In this document: positions 1 to 13,307 of the stretch, piece by piece
Position numbering within the stretch: the stretch's first letter is position 1
Layout: each line of letters begins with the position of its first letter
NCBI GenBank assembly: GCA_002633005.1
Contig: NMRA01000900.1
Coordinates: 1 to 40,202, forward strand
Length of the DNA: 40,202 bases
From: Phoronis australis
Taxonomy: Eukaryota; Animalia; Phoronida
Direction: 5' to 3'
Position numbers and translations under genes: made by a program
The notes under the pieces: model-generated
The model's database searches: none
What the model was told of the DNA's origin: nothing
The model's input: the letters and a program-made list of their open reading frames with translations, nothing else

Positions 1-1831
1 AAAGCCGACATGTTTCGTAGAAAATTTCCCTGGAATCTTCAGTGACTACTGAGTAGTTACAGGTACATCGTAACCCAGATGTGAAGCGCTGATAGATTTT
101 CCTCACAAAATATTTTCTTCATATACCGCGTGCGTTCCCAGTCTACATGCAGGGACAGGTATTGTAAATGACGGGATTACGGGCTAAGACATCTGAATGG
201 ACAGCAAAGTGAGACCATTCAATTGTTCTGAACCTGACAGGGTCATGCGGGAGTGTGAATGAAGTGAGAGGAAGATTTTCCGTCATGTATATGCATACAT
301 GTATATTGTTGAGGGAGATGAACTTGATACGCCATGCCGGTATCCACGAATAGTAACGTACTGATCTCAAGCTGTTACCGGTGTTGTCACATTCAGACAA
401 CCGTCAATGTAATTTATTTTGTATTATCAAAAAACGGACGACCCATCTCCTAGGCTTGCAACCTACGTCCCAATAGATTTGCTTCTTTAAAGCCGCTGAA
501 AACCGAGTTTTGGTGTTAAAATGAACTTCTTTTTGCGCATTTGCCCTTCATATGCGATGTCAAAGCTAAACAGTCACTCTTAGCTAGGTGGGTGATTTAC
601 ATGTAAGCGCCACGTTCATGTAGAGTTTTCAGCAGTACCTAAGAGCACGTTGTTTACAGCTCAAAACACCTTAAAATAGAAGAAGAAACCACTAGACGTA
701 TTTTTTACTGCGTGGTGTACATATAATTCTGGCCGATGATGGGTTTAAAACATCAAAACACAATAAAGGGTATTAAAACTCCGATATTCACCGATTCCCT
801 TCACAAAGCTAACGTTTCACCAATGGTACTTACATGTACGGTTACGATATTAGAATTCCAATTTACTTCAGTCAAATTTGAGATGAATACAAGGATGCCC
901 ATGGTCGAGGTGAGGCAGTATATGCAGATAAGTCTCGTAGCATAAGTAAGCGCAGACAATGGTCTTTTTTTGTCTTCAAGCGTTAAAACCATATCACATC
1001 TGTGTTGGCGTTAAGTAGGAACAAAGCTTAATAATGACCAGTGATTAAAATCAAAAACAAGTGATTTCTTTCTGCCGTAGAGGAGAGGATCCACTGTCGG
1101 ATGAAAAGGCCTACTTTAGCTTTAACTGTGTTGTCACCCTCGAACTGGAAATGCCAACACCTACTTTCCCAAATGACTCAAAGTTACCTCGCATGCTAGA
1201 TTTGTAGTAAAACATTCTGTCTGATTTCATAACTTTGGTAAGTGAGGTGGTAGTGGTAAAGGCAACAATAATAAGAAAATATTAATAACAACTATAATAA
1301 TACCAATAAATATTATACTCAAATAGTAATGGCAATGACAATAACAGTTATAAAATTACAAGAATAATGATAAAAATGATAAGATAAATAAGTGTCATAG
1401 TGTTAGTGACAACCATATACTATAATATATTATTATCATAAACACTCATATTTTGATTATTATTCCTTGGGATTAAGTAATGGCTACTACGCAGCGAAAA
1501 TTTTACTCAGTAATAAACTATGGAAAACCTTTGACTTCAAGCTGACGTCTATGTGTACGCAATTAGTTTCTTGGCATAATTACTGTAGAGTTTTAGTCAG
1601 TTGGCCAAATGTATGTACTATGCTTGAGTGTGTGCATGAACAACCAGATGTCTCTTACTTAATTGGAGCATTGAGGGGATGATGCTTAATCACGGGTTTT
1701 ATTAACGACCTCGGGATATCAGTACTTTAGAGAAGTTTGCCAATTAAGACTGTGCAGCGTAAAAAGTTAGACGTGCGCAACGGAAATTACAAGTATAAAT
1801 CGAACATATAACGCCCCGCTGTCGTGGCGAA

Positions 1832-1987
1832 ATGTTGTACTCAGGACACTGTGCCTTTCGAACAGGAATAAAAGTGTTACTTTGTTTCGTAATTGTTCTT
1901 CTCCCTGCGTGTACTGCTGAAGAGGGTCCGTTGAGATACGTCCTGCCAGAGGACGGAGAAGTGACGATGCGTGAGATTTCGGAAAAG
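1832..1987 (+). CDS. Putative first coding exon with signal-peptide-like N-terminus (MLYSGHCAFRTGIKVLLCFVIVLLPACTA/EEGPLRYVLPEDGEVTMREISEK)
   Basis: ATG at 1832 with a purine at -3 and TATAAA at ~1795. Basic-hydrophobic-small-residue pattern. Phase-0 AAG|GTGAAA donor at 1988, then an ~80-nt T-rich intron-like stretch ending in AG at 2066 or 2068. Link to the downstream exons is inferred. Confidence 0.5.
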
Positions 1988-3135
1988 GTGAAAATTTGGA
2001 GCATGTTTTATTTAATTTTTTTAAAATTGTCATTTATTTATTTTTTTTTAAATTGTCATTTGCAAGAGGATTACGACAATTGTTTGTTTACGATGGAGAA
2101 GCCCAAGAACTGTGACAATAAAGTTTGTATAACGGTGATTCCTACATTTTGCATATTACAAAGCTCGCTTGACTAATGAGGTGATAAAAGCATTCGTATC
2201 TTAGTTTACATGCCCTGCTGTTTATAAAATATTTATGTCTTTGTCTTATTGCATTTCGTTTGAGCTTTTTCAAGTTTTACGTAAAAAATAACGCACTGTA
2301 ATTTTTAAATAAAGCAGATAGCGCCAAAATTCTACTAGCTCCTGAAACAATGCTATCGCTAAATATCCGTTTTACTAAAACACGTTTCATATCTGACAAG
2401 CCAAAATGGCGTTAAGCAGTGTTGTACCGTAAGTCCTTTCCAAAATAAAGCCTCTAAGGGCAGTGGAGTCATGTTAATCTATGGCAAAGGTTGGTTAGAA
2501 TAAGCCAGATTACTGGGGCAAATTTTTAAATGAATTGCCAAATAGATCGTCTGTATTTGTCAGAATCATATATACTGACATAGAGATCTGTCTCTTTCAA
2601 TTCTAATCCTTTGTTATGTTGACACATTGATTTTGATGTCAAAGGACCACTCTCTATTGGTGTTAATATTATGAGTGACCTTAATAAACGACTTCAACTT
2701 TATGTCAAATATCGTGAAAAACTAGTATTTGTCATTCATTAAAATATATATTTTCTGAAAGGCGAAAGACGGAAAAGTCCAAAAATATTCTTCTTGGCAT
2801 TGTGTTTTTGTCGTTTTTAACAAAATTTTAATTTTCCATGTGCATTGATAGAAAAATATCTCCCAGTATATTTTATTAGGACTTTCTTGAACAAAAACTT
2901 CACACTGTCTTTCCAAAATAATCTCATCATTGTGCTTTAAATGCCTTGTTTTTCCGCACCGAGGAATATACGAACAAGATCACAGCAATTTTAATAAAAT
3001 GCTTTGTGTTTTGGGAGTAACTTTGACACAAAATCCTAACTAAGTGACTAATCAAAAATTCGCATCCCAATGTTCTTTTCAAAATAGTTTCAATAAAATC
3101 GTCTTGGGTTAGTATCCTATTACCCGCAAATTTAC

Positions 3136-3558
3136 GTGTACCTTCCTTCCACATTTGCCTTCCTTGCACTTGTACCTTCCTTGCAGATGTACCTTCCTTG
3201 CACGTGTACCTTCCTTGTACATGTACCTTCCTTGTACATGTACCTTCCTTGCACATGTACCTTCCTTGCACTTGTACCTTCCTTGTACGTTTACCTTCCT
3301 TGCACATATACTTTCCTTGCACATGTGCCTTTCTTGCAAATGTACCTTTCTTGCACATGTACCTTTTTTGTACGTGTACCTTCCTTGCACTTGTACGTGT
3401 ACTTTCCTTACACTTGTACCTTCCTTTCACATGTACCTCCCTTGCACATGTACCTTCCTTGCACATGTACCTTCCTTGCACTTGTACCTTCCTTACACAT
3501 GTACGTGTTCCTTCCTTGCGCATATACCTTCCTTGCACATGTACCTCCCTTGCACATG
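3136..3558. repeat. 18-bp minisatellite, consensus ~TGTACCTTCCTTGCACAT/CT, about 22-23 imperfect copies
   Basis: Directly visible periodicity. It explains the overlapping repetitive ORFs at 2927-3738. Confidence 0.95.
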
Positions 3559-5941
3559 AGCACTTGTCATAAAACGTGGTTACCTGACTCTAATAAAGAC
3601 TTACTAGAAAAAGGCATATTTTCAGAATCAACGATCTTGACCCCTCTCAGAAAATGTATACTTTTAATGGTTGACAAATCAAACATTTTTCGATCATTTA
3701 TTAAGGCGCTATATAACACTAGTGTTGCTCGCATTTAGAGCTTTATCGCATATTCAGCCCACTGTCTACAAAACCGTAAATTCAAACTTGGGATCATCAA
3801 TATTTTCGAAGAATAGAAATGTTGCATAATTTGATATTTGATTTTTACACTCCAATGTTAATTGGATCACAATACCATGTCTTTTTACTAAAATAGGCAA
3901 AAGCTAAACATTGGTATCAGTCGCGTGAATTGGTGAAATGTTTGTGGTGGGATCTTAAAATGAAGTTATTGTAAGAGGTTTCTGAATTCGTTTTTGTTTT
4001 GTGCAACTTTAATGTTTGGTGAAAATCATAAACATCCTCTTTTTGAAATCCTCGTGAAAAACGGATATATTTTAAAAATAAGAGAAGCATGTATGACACC
4101 AGGTAAGTTTCATGTGAAACAAATAATCAGTAATTGAGATATGATATGGTGTTGACTATATTTTGGACATTTTCAGGGTCCTACTTCAGTTTAAAGCGCC
4201 TATAATACCGGCGTTCCGATCAAGTTGCCACATTTTGTTTAGACCGGATGCTCGCTGTCCCTTGAGACCATGGGAGGTTCATTAAATGGCACGTGGTGAC
4301 ATGACGGCTTACACTACTGACATTTAACTCTCTCGAAGCCCTTAACTCTGTATCAAAAATTATTCAAAATACCGGAAAGCACGTTTACAACCACTTATGT
4401 TTCATTGTTAGAATCCTCTAGAAAGAATAGTTTGTGTTGCTCATATTTTCACCCCTTTTGTAAAGACTTCATATCGGATTGTGAATGAAACATAGGTTAA
4501 ACATCACTTGAAAGTTTTAAGCAAATATTAAGTTAGTATTTAAACAAAAATGACACGGTGATAACAGTGTTATGTTCTGGAGACGGGGATGTTTGGAACT
4601 TTCTCTTTGTTCCGTCACCGAATTCTAATCCGTGCAGCTCTTAAGCGGATTTAGATGGGTCAGACTACCTTGATAGTTCTATGTATTTAACTGGCGGTAG
4701 GTGGGGATTAGTGCCTGCGCGAGTCTGTTTTGATGGAGAGGATACGAGTAAAACAAAAACAGCGATAACTGTTATAATAATTCTATACATGCACAAAAGA
4801 AACGGATGGTTTTGCAACAGGATTATCTCTAGACTGAAATAAAATTGAAGACGGCCCACATATGTTGTTGTAAGTCAAAAATCAATGTTTCCCATTGGTT
4901 GACACAAATGGAGTAGACCCTAATAATAGAGGATTGTCGTGCTATTTCATTGAGTCGTTGGTAGGTGCCAAGTTTCAAAGATGCAAATCGATGCCGGTGA
5001 GACCGACCTGTTGCGACCACCATGTCCATACATGTGAGAGAGTGGTGCATGTTGACTAGCTGACGTTGTTAGACTGTTTGGAATCGCTTGGCAGTTTGGA
5101 AATTACACAATGCTGGCCGACATCGAAAGCCGTTGTCTGATGACGTGTCGATGTCCTGTCAATGCAAAAAGGGCTGGAGTCGGAAAGTTTAAACCTTACC
5201 CCAATTTTCTGATTTAGGATGGTGCTGCAGTATTGTGAACTTAAACTTTGACGCAGGTGTGCATTGTGTGATTCATTACTTGAGCTACAAGAGCAAGTCG
5301 TACGTATCATTACAGATAGAGACGAAGATGAAGGTCGAGTTTCAAAGCAAAAGGACAAAGGTTAAGGGTGAAGTAAAACTGGTAAGATGGTTGGTTGCGT
5401 ACGGCGGCGCGGTAAGGCGGTTGGGTTGCGACACCTAGTGAATTTATTGCAAAACATTCCATACTCGGACTATAAAAGCAATGCTATGGTTGAAACTGAA
5501 AAATCGTTTAGTTCTGCGCACGTTGAGAAAGACAAAATTCTTTTGTTAGTGCTGGTTGTAGCAGGCTTTCTGATAATCTACTTGTATTACAAAGTCATAG
5601 GAAATGTGTAGATATGCACTGTGTCAATTTATTGTCTTTAATATTACTCGATCATTGATCTGGCGTCCAACAGAACTTATGTGATGCGTGTATATTGTCG
5701 CACACAACAACACAATGTAAACCGAAGCCCCAGACACGCACAGTAAGCTGTTCTTGCCGCAGTATACATTTATGCTGTCGGTGTACAGTATTTTCAACCT
5801 CCACGCATATTTTAGCTCCGAGCGGTCGACTGTAGCAGCGTGACCTGTTCAATCGCATATGTTGCGACTATGCAAAATACTCAAAATTAAGCGACAATGC
5901 ACGGGGTTCACAAAATAGTCATGCACTGAGGTTTAAAGTTA

Positions 5942-6159
5942 CAGAAGCGGGTCTACGGGGATTTAATGTGACTTAAACCCCCCTGGGACAGGAATATAAA
6001 TAGGAATTAAAAAAACATGGCTGGAAAACGAAATCAACAACAAAAAACAAAAAACATCTTACAAGGGAGGGAGGAAACCCTCTCCCGACCTCCGGCTATT
6101 GACGCTACTGGCCTCGAATTCGCCCAAATCCTATCCCCCCTTACGTAGATCTGCCAGTG
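5942..6159. mobile_element. Short non-autonomous DNA transposon (MITE) with hAT-like termini and 5-bp TSD AGTTA
   Basis: Left end CAGAAGCGGGTCTACG; right end reverse complement CACTGGCAGATCTACG. AGTTA at 5937-5941 and 6160-6164. Confidence 0.6.
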
Positions 6160-6305
6160 AGTTACCTAAATCCATGGCCAAATCCAAACATCGACGACCA
6201 TCAGTAGTCGAGGTGGACGTTCAGCCACGACTGAAATTTAAAGGAGTTGAGTCACGGGAAATTCATCGAGATTAAACCATTTGTTTAGTAGCTTAACTAC
6301 AGTAA

Positions 6306-6442
6306 GCATTCAATATAACATGCGCAATGATCATGACTTGGTAACAGCGGCATTCAATATAACATGCGCAATGATCATGACTTGGTAACAGCGGCATTCA
6401 ATATAACATGCGCAATGATCATGACTTGGTAACAGCGGCATT
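6306..6442. repeat. Perfect 44-bp tandem triplication
   Basis: GCATTCAATATAACATGCGCAATGATCATGACTTGGTAACAGCG x3 plus GCATT, with no spacers. Confidence 0.97.
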
Positions 6443-6594
6443 TCATTTTTTGTGAAGGTCCCCACTTTGGATAAAAATGTGTTTTTCAGGGATGCGGAGC
6501 TATTTTTTGCTTGTTTCCGTTAATCTTTTCACACCAGCTTTTTGTCATTTGGACCTGCAAATGGTATAAAATGTATAAATCTCCTTTTTCCTAG

Positions 6595-6690
6595 AAAAAG
6601 GCTGCCGTAGCAGCTGTGCTCTCCAAGTCACTGCCGTTGGCTAAATCAAGAAAGGAAAAACTAGTGAAGGAAGAGAAACAAGAGAAGGCA
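6595..6690 (+). CDS. Internal 96-nt phase-0 exon KKAAVAAVLSKSLPLAKSRKEKLVKEEKQEKA, probably of the micro-exon repeat gene
   Basis: Strong acceptor CTCCTTTTTCCTAG and consensus donor GTAAGT. Open frame, length a multiple of 3, K/E-rich like the downstream exons. Confidence 0.7.
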
Positions 6691-9600
6691 GTAAGTTATC
6701 TATGAGTATAATGATTCCAGATCATCAATCTTGTTCAAGGGCAATGACAAATTATTGTAATTGCATCTCACTCTACGTGTTGAGCAATAAATATACCAAA
6801 TAAAACAGAAAATATTTAGCTGTCGCTGTACTTGATGTTGTCTTTACAAGACAGAGGATTAGACGCGAGACCAACTTCCCTGGAGTATCGCATCATGCTC
6901 TAGACTTTTAAAAGGCGATTCCACAGTATTTTACGCTTAATTGTTAGGAAAATATTAATTTAATTAATTAAAGCTAACTAAATGCATATATTTTCTATGT
7001 GTCAATCTTTAAAGCTTGAAAAGTTTGCGGAACACAACACTCTCAATAGAATTCTCTTTTATAAAGAGCAACGCATCTATTCCTAAAGTACAGGTCATTT
7101 CAGAGGGCGAAGCGTGTTGTGGATTTCCATTGAAGTTACCAAAGAAAATCAAAGACCAAATGTATTCATTAGATTGCGAATCTCAATGCTATAATGCATT
7201 CTTTATGTCAAAGTTACTCTTTTTCTGATAAATCTGTAAAGACTGACCCCAGATATTCTTAATTAAGTGACGTAACGGACTTGTATCATCTTTGTTTTAT
7301 TGTACATTCCTAAATATAGACAGCTTACATGTACATCTAGCTTACTAGGACAAAATCTGCGCTGTTTCAGCCTCATACCTTGCGCCTTAGATACCTCCTG
7401 AACTAGGATAGAGAAGAATTCATGCGTAACTTTCATGCCTTGATGGCGGTCCACTCATTGTAAGATTAATGTCCTCACAAAGCACTCGGGTTTTAAAGTT
7501 ACTGTTTAGATAATGCTGTTAATGCACTTGGAAAGAAAACTAGATGTCCTCCGTTAAAATGTATTTGTGCAGTTTTTTACACCGTAATACGATAATTAGA
7601 GAACTCACATTGATGTAGGCTTATTCCCTACAGGTCTTAATTTAGCAGAGTTTGCTGAAAATATTATCATAGCGTCCACACGGCGCTCCCTTTGACAGTT
7701 TGGACAACCAGAAATGAATGCAGGCGATCAAGTGATTCAACTGCATCGGACGTGCACACGTCACATTTAGGCGCGCAACACTGGCCCATGCTGTCCAGGA
7801 GGTGCGCCTTTTACGTGTATCAACAAATGTCGACGAACAAATATTTTGCCAATTATTATTGTAACTTTTCGAGATGAAATCATAAGTTAACATCAATTTA
7901 TTGCCCATCGCGTGCGCTGATACAATGCTTCCTGGATGCATATTCCTTGCTCACACAATCGAGTGTTCGTCAGGACAATAAATATATAAATTTCCTCGTA
8001 GAAAATGTTTCTTGTGCGTAAAAAAAATCCGTTAGAATCCGCAGGGATCCGATTTTGAGAGATATTCTTGCCAAAGCAGCTATGAATACATATGCGGTAA
8101 TGTACACCGTGAGGTCACACGGAAATTGACGAACGTTGCAACAAACACGATTGGTACATGTAAATCACATGTAGAGGCCGCAGACAAAGATACAATATCC
8201 CAAGGTGGCCGTCCTAGTGTAATTTACCTAGTCACACATTTGGAACAGCGTCACCTACTGGGTGGAGCCCAAGTTGTATTCCGATACCCTCAAGCCAGGC
8301 CTGAGCCTGTGGTAAAGATTGTAATTACCTTGGATGAAAACACGATTTCTAGATATAAAACCAATTTTGAAGAAGTATTATTTATAAATTACTTGAGGAA
8401 AATATAATTTTATGTTGTTTTGCAAGTACATTAATTATTGTGATGCAATAAGAATAGAACGAAAGCAAACACCATTCAACTGAATAACAACATTTTTAGA
8501 TCCCTTTGTAAGCATAGCAATACAATAAAATATCAATCTTGAGGAAACATCATTTGTATTTATGTGGAAAAAATATAGTTTAACAGGTTCATGGTAGCCC
8601 TTAATTTTAAGTTTTGCAAATTAAACACACTCCGCTTGGGTCTTCATCAGGACTAATACAATGCTACAGCAACTCTGATGTCACATAAGTCCCTTTCATA
8701 TTGGCTTAACTCCGGTCTGAACGGAGCGTAGACGTAAACAGCGCAGTTAACTGGACCGTTCATACTGGCTTCGGTAGTTAATGAGCATCGAAGTTAACGG
8801 CAGGTGACGCTGTCGTCCTCGAAGTTATCACAAGGTAGCGCTCTTGTACATGAAGATGACCTTCACCTTATCTCTTAGTATGGACGGCAAGTCAATTTCT
8901 ACTATTTGTATGACAATCGTCACCTTATTAGTTCGTTATCTGACCCTCTTACGAAGACACCAGCGTCGCTGATTACAGTAGTTGAGTTTCAGTGAACATG
9001 AAAAGAACTTCGAAGACGTTACGTATCCGTTGCATCTCCGAAGGTTAAGCCGTCGCCGACGACGTTTAGCTGCGGCTGCAGGCTCGGCCGAGCTACGGTA
9101 CCAAGTGCCGTGTGTGCGGTACGTTTACTTAAAACATACTTTACTCTGCATTCATTAACCTCATTAAACTTCAAGTTAGAGTGTGCTTTTCAATGGATTC
9201 TTTAGATTGTCTATTGCAAGGAAATAAAAGCATACCTTTACAAAGTTACTATATCTTGTCACAGAGAAAGCCTTATGTTTTGACCAATCTAAAGAATACT
9301 AGTATATTACCTTCACTCAGAGAAACTAAATATCGGACAGCATCTGATGTTCCCTTCACGCCACGAAAAAAAATTTGGTTTCAAGTTTTATAACCGATTT
9401 ATGCTATTGTCCATTTTAGGCTGACTTAAGGGTCTAAGTTGCACCGTCTTGGTAAAATCAAAATTAGCTAATGCTATACAAAAACGAAACTGTGCCGGTC
9501 ATTGAATGCAGAACAACAAAATTAAAATTGATGTTTTTGATTTCTCTGATTTCGGCTTGTGAAAGATTTATGAAAACGTCCGACATTTGACTCTGTGCTG

Positions 9601-9809
9601 GATATAGTCTTGGTAACAAACGGCATTTTCACGACTGATCAAGTGCTGTGTTGGTGTGGATTTTGAATATGTGGCATATCCCTACACAGTTTCTTTTGCA
9701 GCATTAATGTTTAATAATGAATATGTGAGACTAAGACAACGAAGTTCTCATTTTTTCAAGAAAACATAATGATTTTCTGTTAGTGAATTAAGTAAATAAT
9801 GGTGTGAAC

Positions 9810-11050
9810 CATTGGGTCCACTCCTAGAAACCAGTCGTGGTACGATGGTTTATGCCAAACTGCAGATGATCATGAATGGGAGAGACATTTCAGAATGTCA
9901 CGTGCTACGTTTCAAAGCATCACTGAAGCCCTGCAATCTTATCTAGATAAACAGAAAACCAATTTTCGTAATGTAAGTTTAAGGGACATTTTCTGATTTA
10001 TGTTTTGAAGTATTACAACAAAAAGTGACAGACTATTATGCTCGAAGAATAGCGTTTCGTCGCCTGGTCACACTCATTTTGGTTTCATAACTATTGAATT
10101 TGTTCATACCTTTACTTGAAAACATTTTGTTGTATTCGCAAAAGTTTTGAGTCATGCATTTTTGGTTGCGCAACGAATTTAATATAAACCTTATTTCATA
10201 CTAAGTAACTGGCATTTGTCTTTCAGCCTATTAGTGTTGAAAAAATGGTAGCTGTTGCCATCTTCAAGCTTGCTTCTGTGTGCTCATATCGGATCGTCCA
10301 AGAACTGTTTTGTGTTGGGTTGTGGACATCGTGCAACTTGTTGTACAGCTTTGCTGTTGCCTTAACGCAGGTACTGGGTCCTGTGTACCTGATGTGTCCG
10401 AGTCATGAGGACTTTCTAGAGATAGCCCAAAATTCAAAGACTTTGGGCTTTCCCACAGTGCGTCGGCGCAATTGATTGGACCAACATTCCTATTGTGGCA
10501 CCACGTGAGAATCGTACGGATTATTACAACCGCAAATCATGTTATTCTGTTGTCATGCAGGTAGTCTGTGACCATCGTTATCGGTTTTATGACATTGAAG
10601 TTGAATGGCCTGGAAAAGTGCATGACGTTAGAGTTCTGCAGAACTCGCGGATTTTTGAGGCTGGAGAAGCACGTACCCTATTTCCTGTGCACATGGAAAG
10701 ATTTAATGGAACACCAGTTGGTTTGTTTATCACTGGAGATCCTGCTTACCCACTCCTCCCATGGTTAATGAAGGGCTACACGCGTCCTAATGATCGTGCT
10801 GGAACAATTTCAACTTTCGACTGAGCAGTGCAAGAATGTGCATTGAAAATTCTTTTGGAAGATTAAAGATGAGGTGAAGATGTCTTTACAAGACATTAGA
10901 ACACGATATTAGTGCCGTGCCAACTGTTGTCCAAGCATGTGTGATATTATACAACATCTGCGAAACACATGGTGGGCAAGATGTTCCTAAGCAGCCGGAC
11001 AACAACCACCCCAACAAGTACCTAACAGAAATGACATCGCCAGGTGTCAA
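9810..11050 (+). pseudogene. Harbinger (HARBI1-like, DDE_Tnp_4) transposase, frameshifted, one intron 9973-10226
   Basis: Motifs EWERHFRMSRATF, PISVEKMVAVAIFKLA, FPQCVGAID, DYYNRKSCYS, WPGKVHDVRV, GDPAYPLLPWLMK, FNFRLSSARMCIENSFGRLK and ACVILYNICE. GT-AG intron in phase 0; several frameshifts and a stop. Confidence 0.93.
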
Positions 11051-12749
11051 CGTGATGCATTATCAAGTTTACGGTGTTAGACGAACTCAATTGTCTATCA
11101 TCCTATGCTCTAGTAACCAATAGCTAATGTTATCTTCTATCCACAGTTTGCACTTGATGATTCCAACTTTAAGGCAAAAGTTTCAAAGTCTGAACATAAA
11201 ACAAAGAAAATTTATGAACTCGAATCTAGGGGCCATCAAGTTCCAACCTGGTGCTAGAAATTCACACAAAATTATAGCGTGGTCAAGCACAGAATAAAAA
11301 GAGACTTGCCTCGAGAACAAAGATTAAACCCTGGCCTGTGGTCTTGAAACATTTTATGTTGAGTTGCTGTTGAAGTTGAATCAACCGTACCTGCATTTCC
11401 CAGACAATCCATTTTTTTAAAACGCACTTGTGCTGGTGAGAGTTCACAACTGTGCACGATACGAAACAACATACTAACGAATCTTATCACACATACACTG
11501 GTGGAAGAGATATTGTGTTACAAATGTACATGTTAAAAGGATAACTTTTATCCAACGAGGCTATGAATATATGTATGTAAATGTGTATCTTAAAAGAATA
11601 ACATTTATATGCAGATAACTAATAAATACGTTAAAAACTAAAACTATTATTTGGATGAACTACTGTATAGATATACACATTAACAAGCACTTACAGATGT
11701 TGTTTTGCTACTCTACTACCACTATACTACTACACTACTTTTGAATATTCCCATTGACCTTACTTTTATTTACATATGAAAATTTCTCCCATTAGTTTTT
11801 GCATGAACTCTGGATGTGATTGGGAATTGGGATGCGGGTATGAAGGTTATGATTGGTGCTGTTGCTGATGTGGTTGTGGATGAGGATGTGGATGACTGAC
11901 ACTTTCCAGTGTCTGGACCATTTGTCCCATCATGGCCATGAGACTGGTCATCTGAGCAGCTTCCTGCTGCTGCTGCTGTAGGTGCAAAAGGACGCTTTGT
12001 TCCCTCACGAAAGCTTATTGCGCTTCACGCCACTCCTCTTGAGCTTTAAGGCTCTTTTGCATCGGTTCTCGTAGAGAGGCAGCCTCTCTGTCATCTTGTT
12101 TCAAAATCTTTTCCAACCATGCCGGAGCCTCGCTTGCTCGCCGCTTCCTCTTGCTTGCGCCTGGCATGACAAGCCTGGATGAAGCGCAGCCAGGTGTGGT
12201 CGAAGCCTCATTTGGTGTGTCACACCTGGCATCATCGCCCTTTGCATTGTCCTCAGCTAAAATAAGAATGTAAATGTGATAAACTTGATTAGCTACCAGT
12301 GTAATTGAACTTAAACGTCGCTTAGGGTATGTTTTATGTTTTGAATTAGAACAATTTAAAAACATGGCTCATAACATTAAGCATGGCGCAAAGCTTTTCA
12401 AAAATGGAACTGGTTATATTTTACTACCATATCGAGGCAAACATTTGACATCGCCACAAAGGGGATAAGTGGATCATTGTATTCAGCAAGTCACTTCTTA
12501 ACTAGTGACCATTTTCACTTACCTCCATTATCCAGGAGGCTGTCTTCCTCACAATTGCCATCTTCAGTTTGACTCGCGGGATCAAACCTTTGAGAATCTG
12601 AAAAATGGAATATGGATAACGAATTGAAGAAATAATAGTAAATACATTACAAATAGTTATGCCCTATCATTAACCTCAGTCCTTGTTGCATACGTTGAAG
12701 ATTAATAATATACTATTTTTTTTCTTAATTTTTATATTTTGAGAGCTTC

Positions 12750-13065
12750 CAGTGGCTGATTAAGGGGGGTCCAAGGCTTCCATGCCCCCCTAAAATTCTC
12801 CAACACACAATTTGGGAGTTCGGGGGGTTAATTTACGAGTAGCACATGCGCGCAGCCCGGGGTCTGGGGTCGAATGCACAACGCATAGGCCTTGAACAAA
12901 ACCAGTTAACGTTTTTTTTAGTTATCAGGTTCACAAACCCAAAAATCCGAAAGCTCTGCATCCTTACGTTGTAGACTGGGCGCGTGCATGTGGCGAAATT
13001 CTGGTTGTTCCTGTGCCGTGCACCGCCCCCCTCCCCCTTAACTCAAAATCCTGGATCCGCCCCTG
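12750..13065. mobile_element. MITE with hAT-like termini and 5-bp TSD GCTTC, nested in a Harbinger intron
   Basis: CAGTGGCTGATT ... GGATCCGCCCCTG, with GCTTC at 12745-12749 and 13066-13070. Confidence 0.7.
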
Positions 13066-13156
13066 GCTTCAACACAGAGTCATTAGAATTCCTCTGGTCA
13101 GTCATGCATGTTGTAAGCTAAATAAGTGGAAAATTACATCTCTGACAAAGTCTATG

Positions 13157-13307
13157 CAGGGGTGGATTCAGGATTTTTTAGAAGCGAGTCGGATCAAGAA
13201 TTTTTTAAAAAGTCGGATCCAAGGCAACAATTTGATTTGACCACAGACATCCAGGAAAAAGGTGGAGTTGTTGTGTACCTCCTGACCACCCCTGGATACG
13301 CCTACTG
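13157..13307. mobile_element. Second short hAT-like MITE in the same intron
   Basis: CAGGGGTGGATTCAGG ... CCTGGATACGCCTACTG. Flanks are similar (AAGTCTATG / AAGTATG) but give no exact TSD. Confidence 0.55.

Noticed and set aside
487-803. Possible TTAA-type (Kolobok-like) MITE
   Set aside because: Terminal similarity is too degenerate and the right-hand TTAA is not intact.
1260-1465. AAT-rich stretch
   Set aside because: Degenerate low-complexity microsatellite with no further structure.
2927-3738. Five overlapping 93-203 aa Cys/Lys/His-rich ORFs
   Set aside because: They are by-products of a stop-poor 18-bp minisatellite that is open in several frames on both strands.
4083-4277. Possible extra exons (donor GTAAGT at 4103, acceptor TTTTCAG ending 4176)
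   Set aside because: I could not establish a consistent frame or a good partner splice site.
6306-6442. CRISPR-like array
   Set aside because: Head-to-tail identical units with no spacers, no cas genes, and a eukaryotic context.
7626-8048. Possible CCC-terminated MITE
   Set aside because: Only about two-thirds identity over 15 bp and no TSD.
8620-8660. Minus-strand CTGATGAAGAC hammerhead-like start
   Set aside because: The GAAA half of the core is missing; at most a Penelope fragment.
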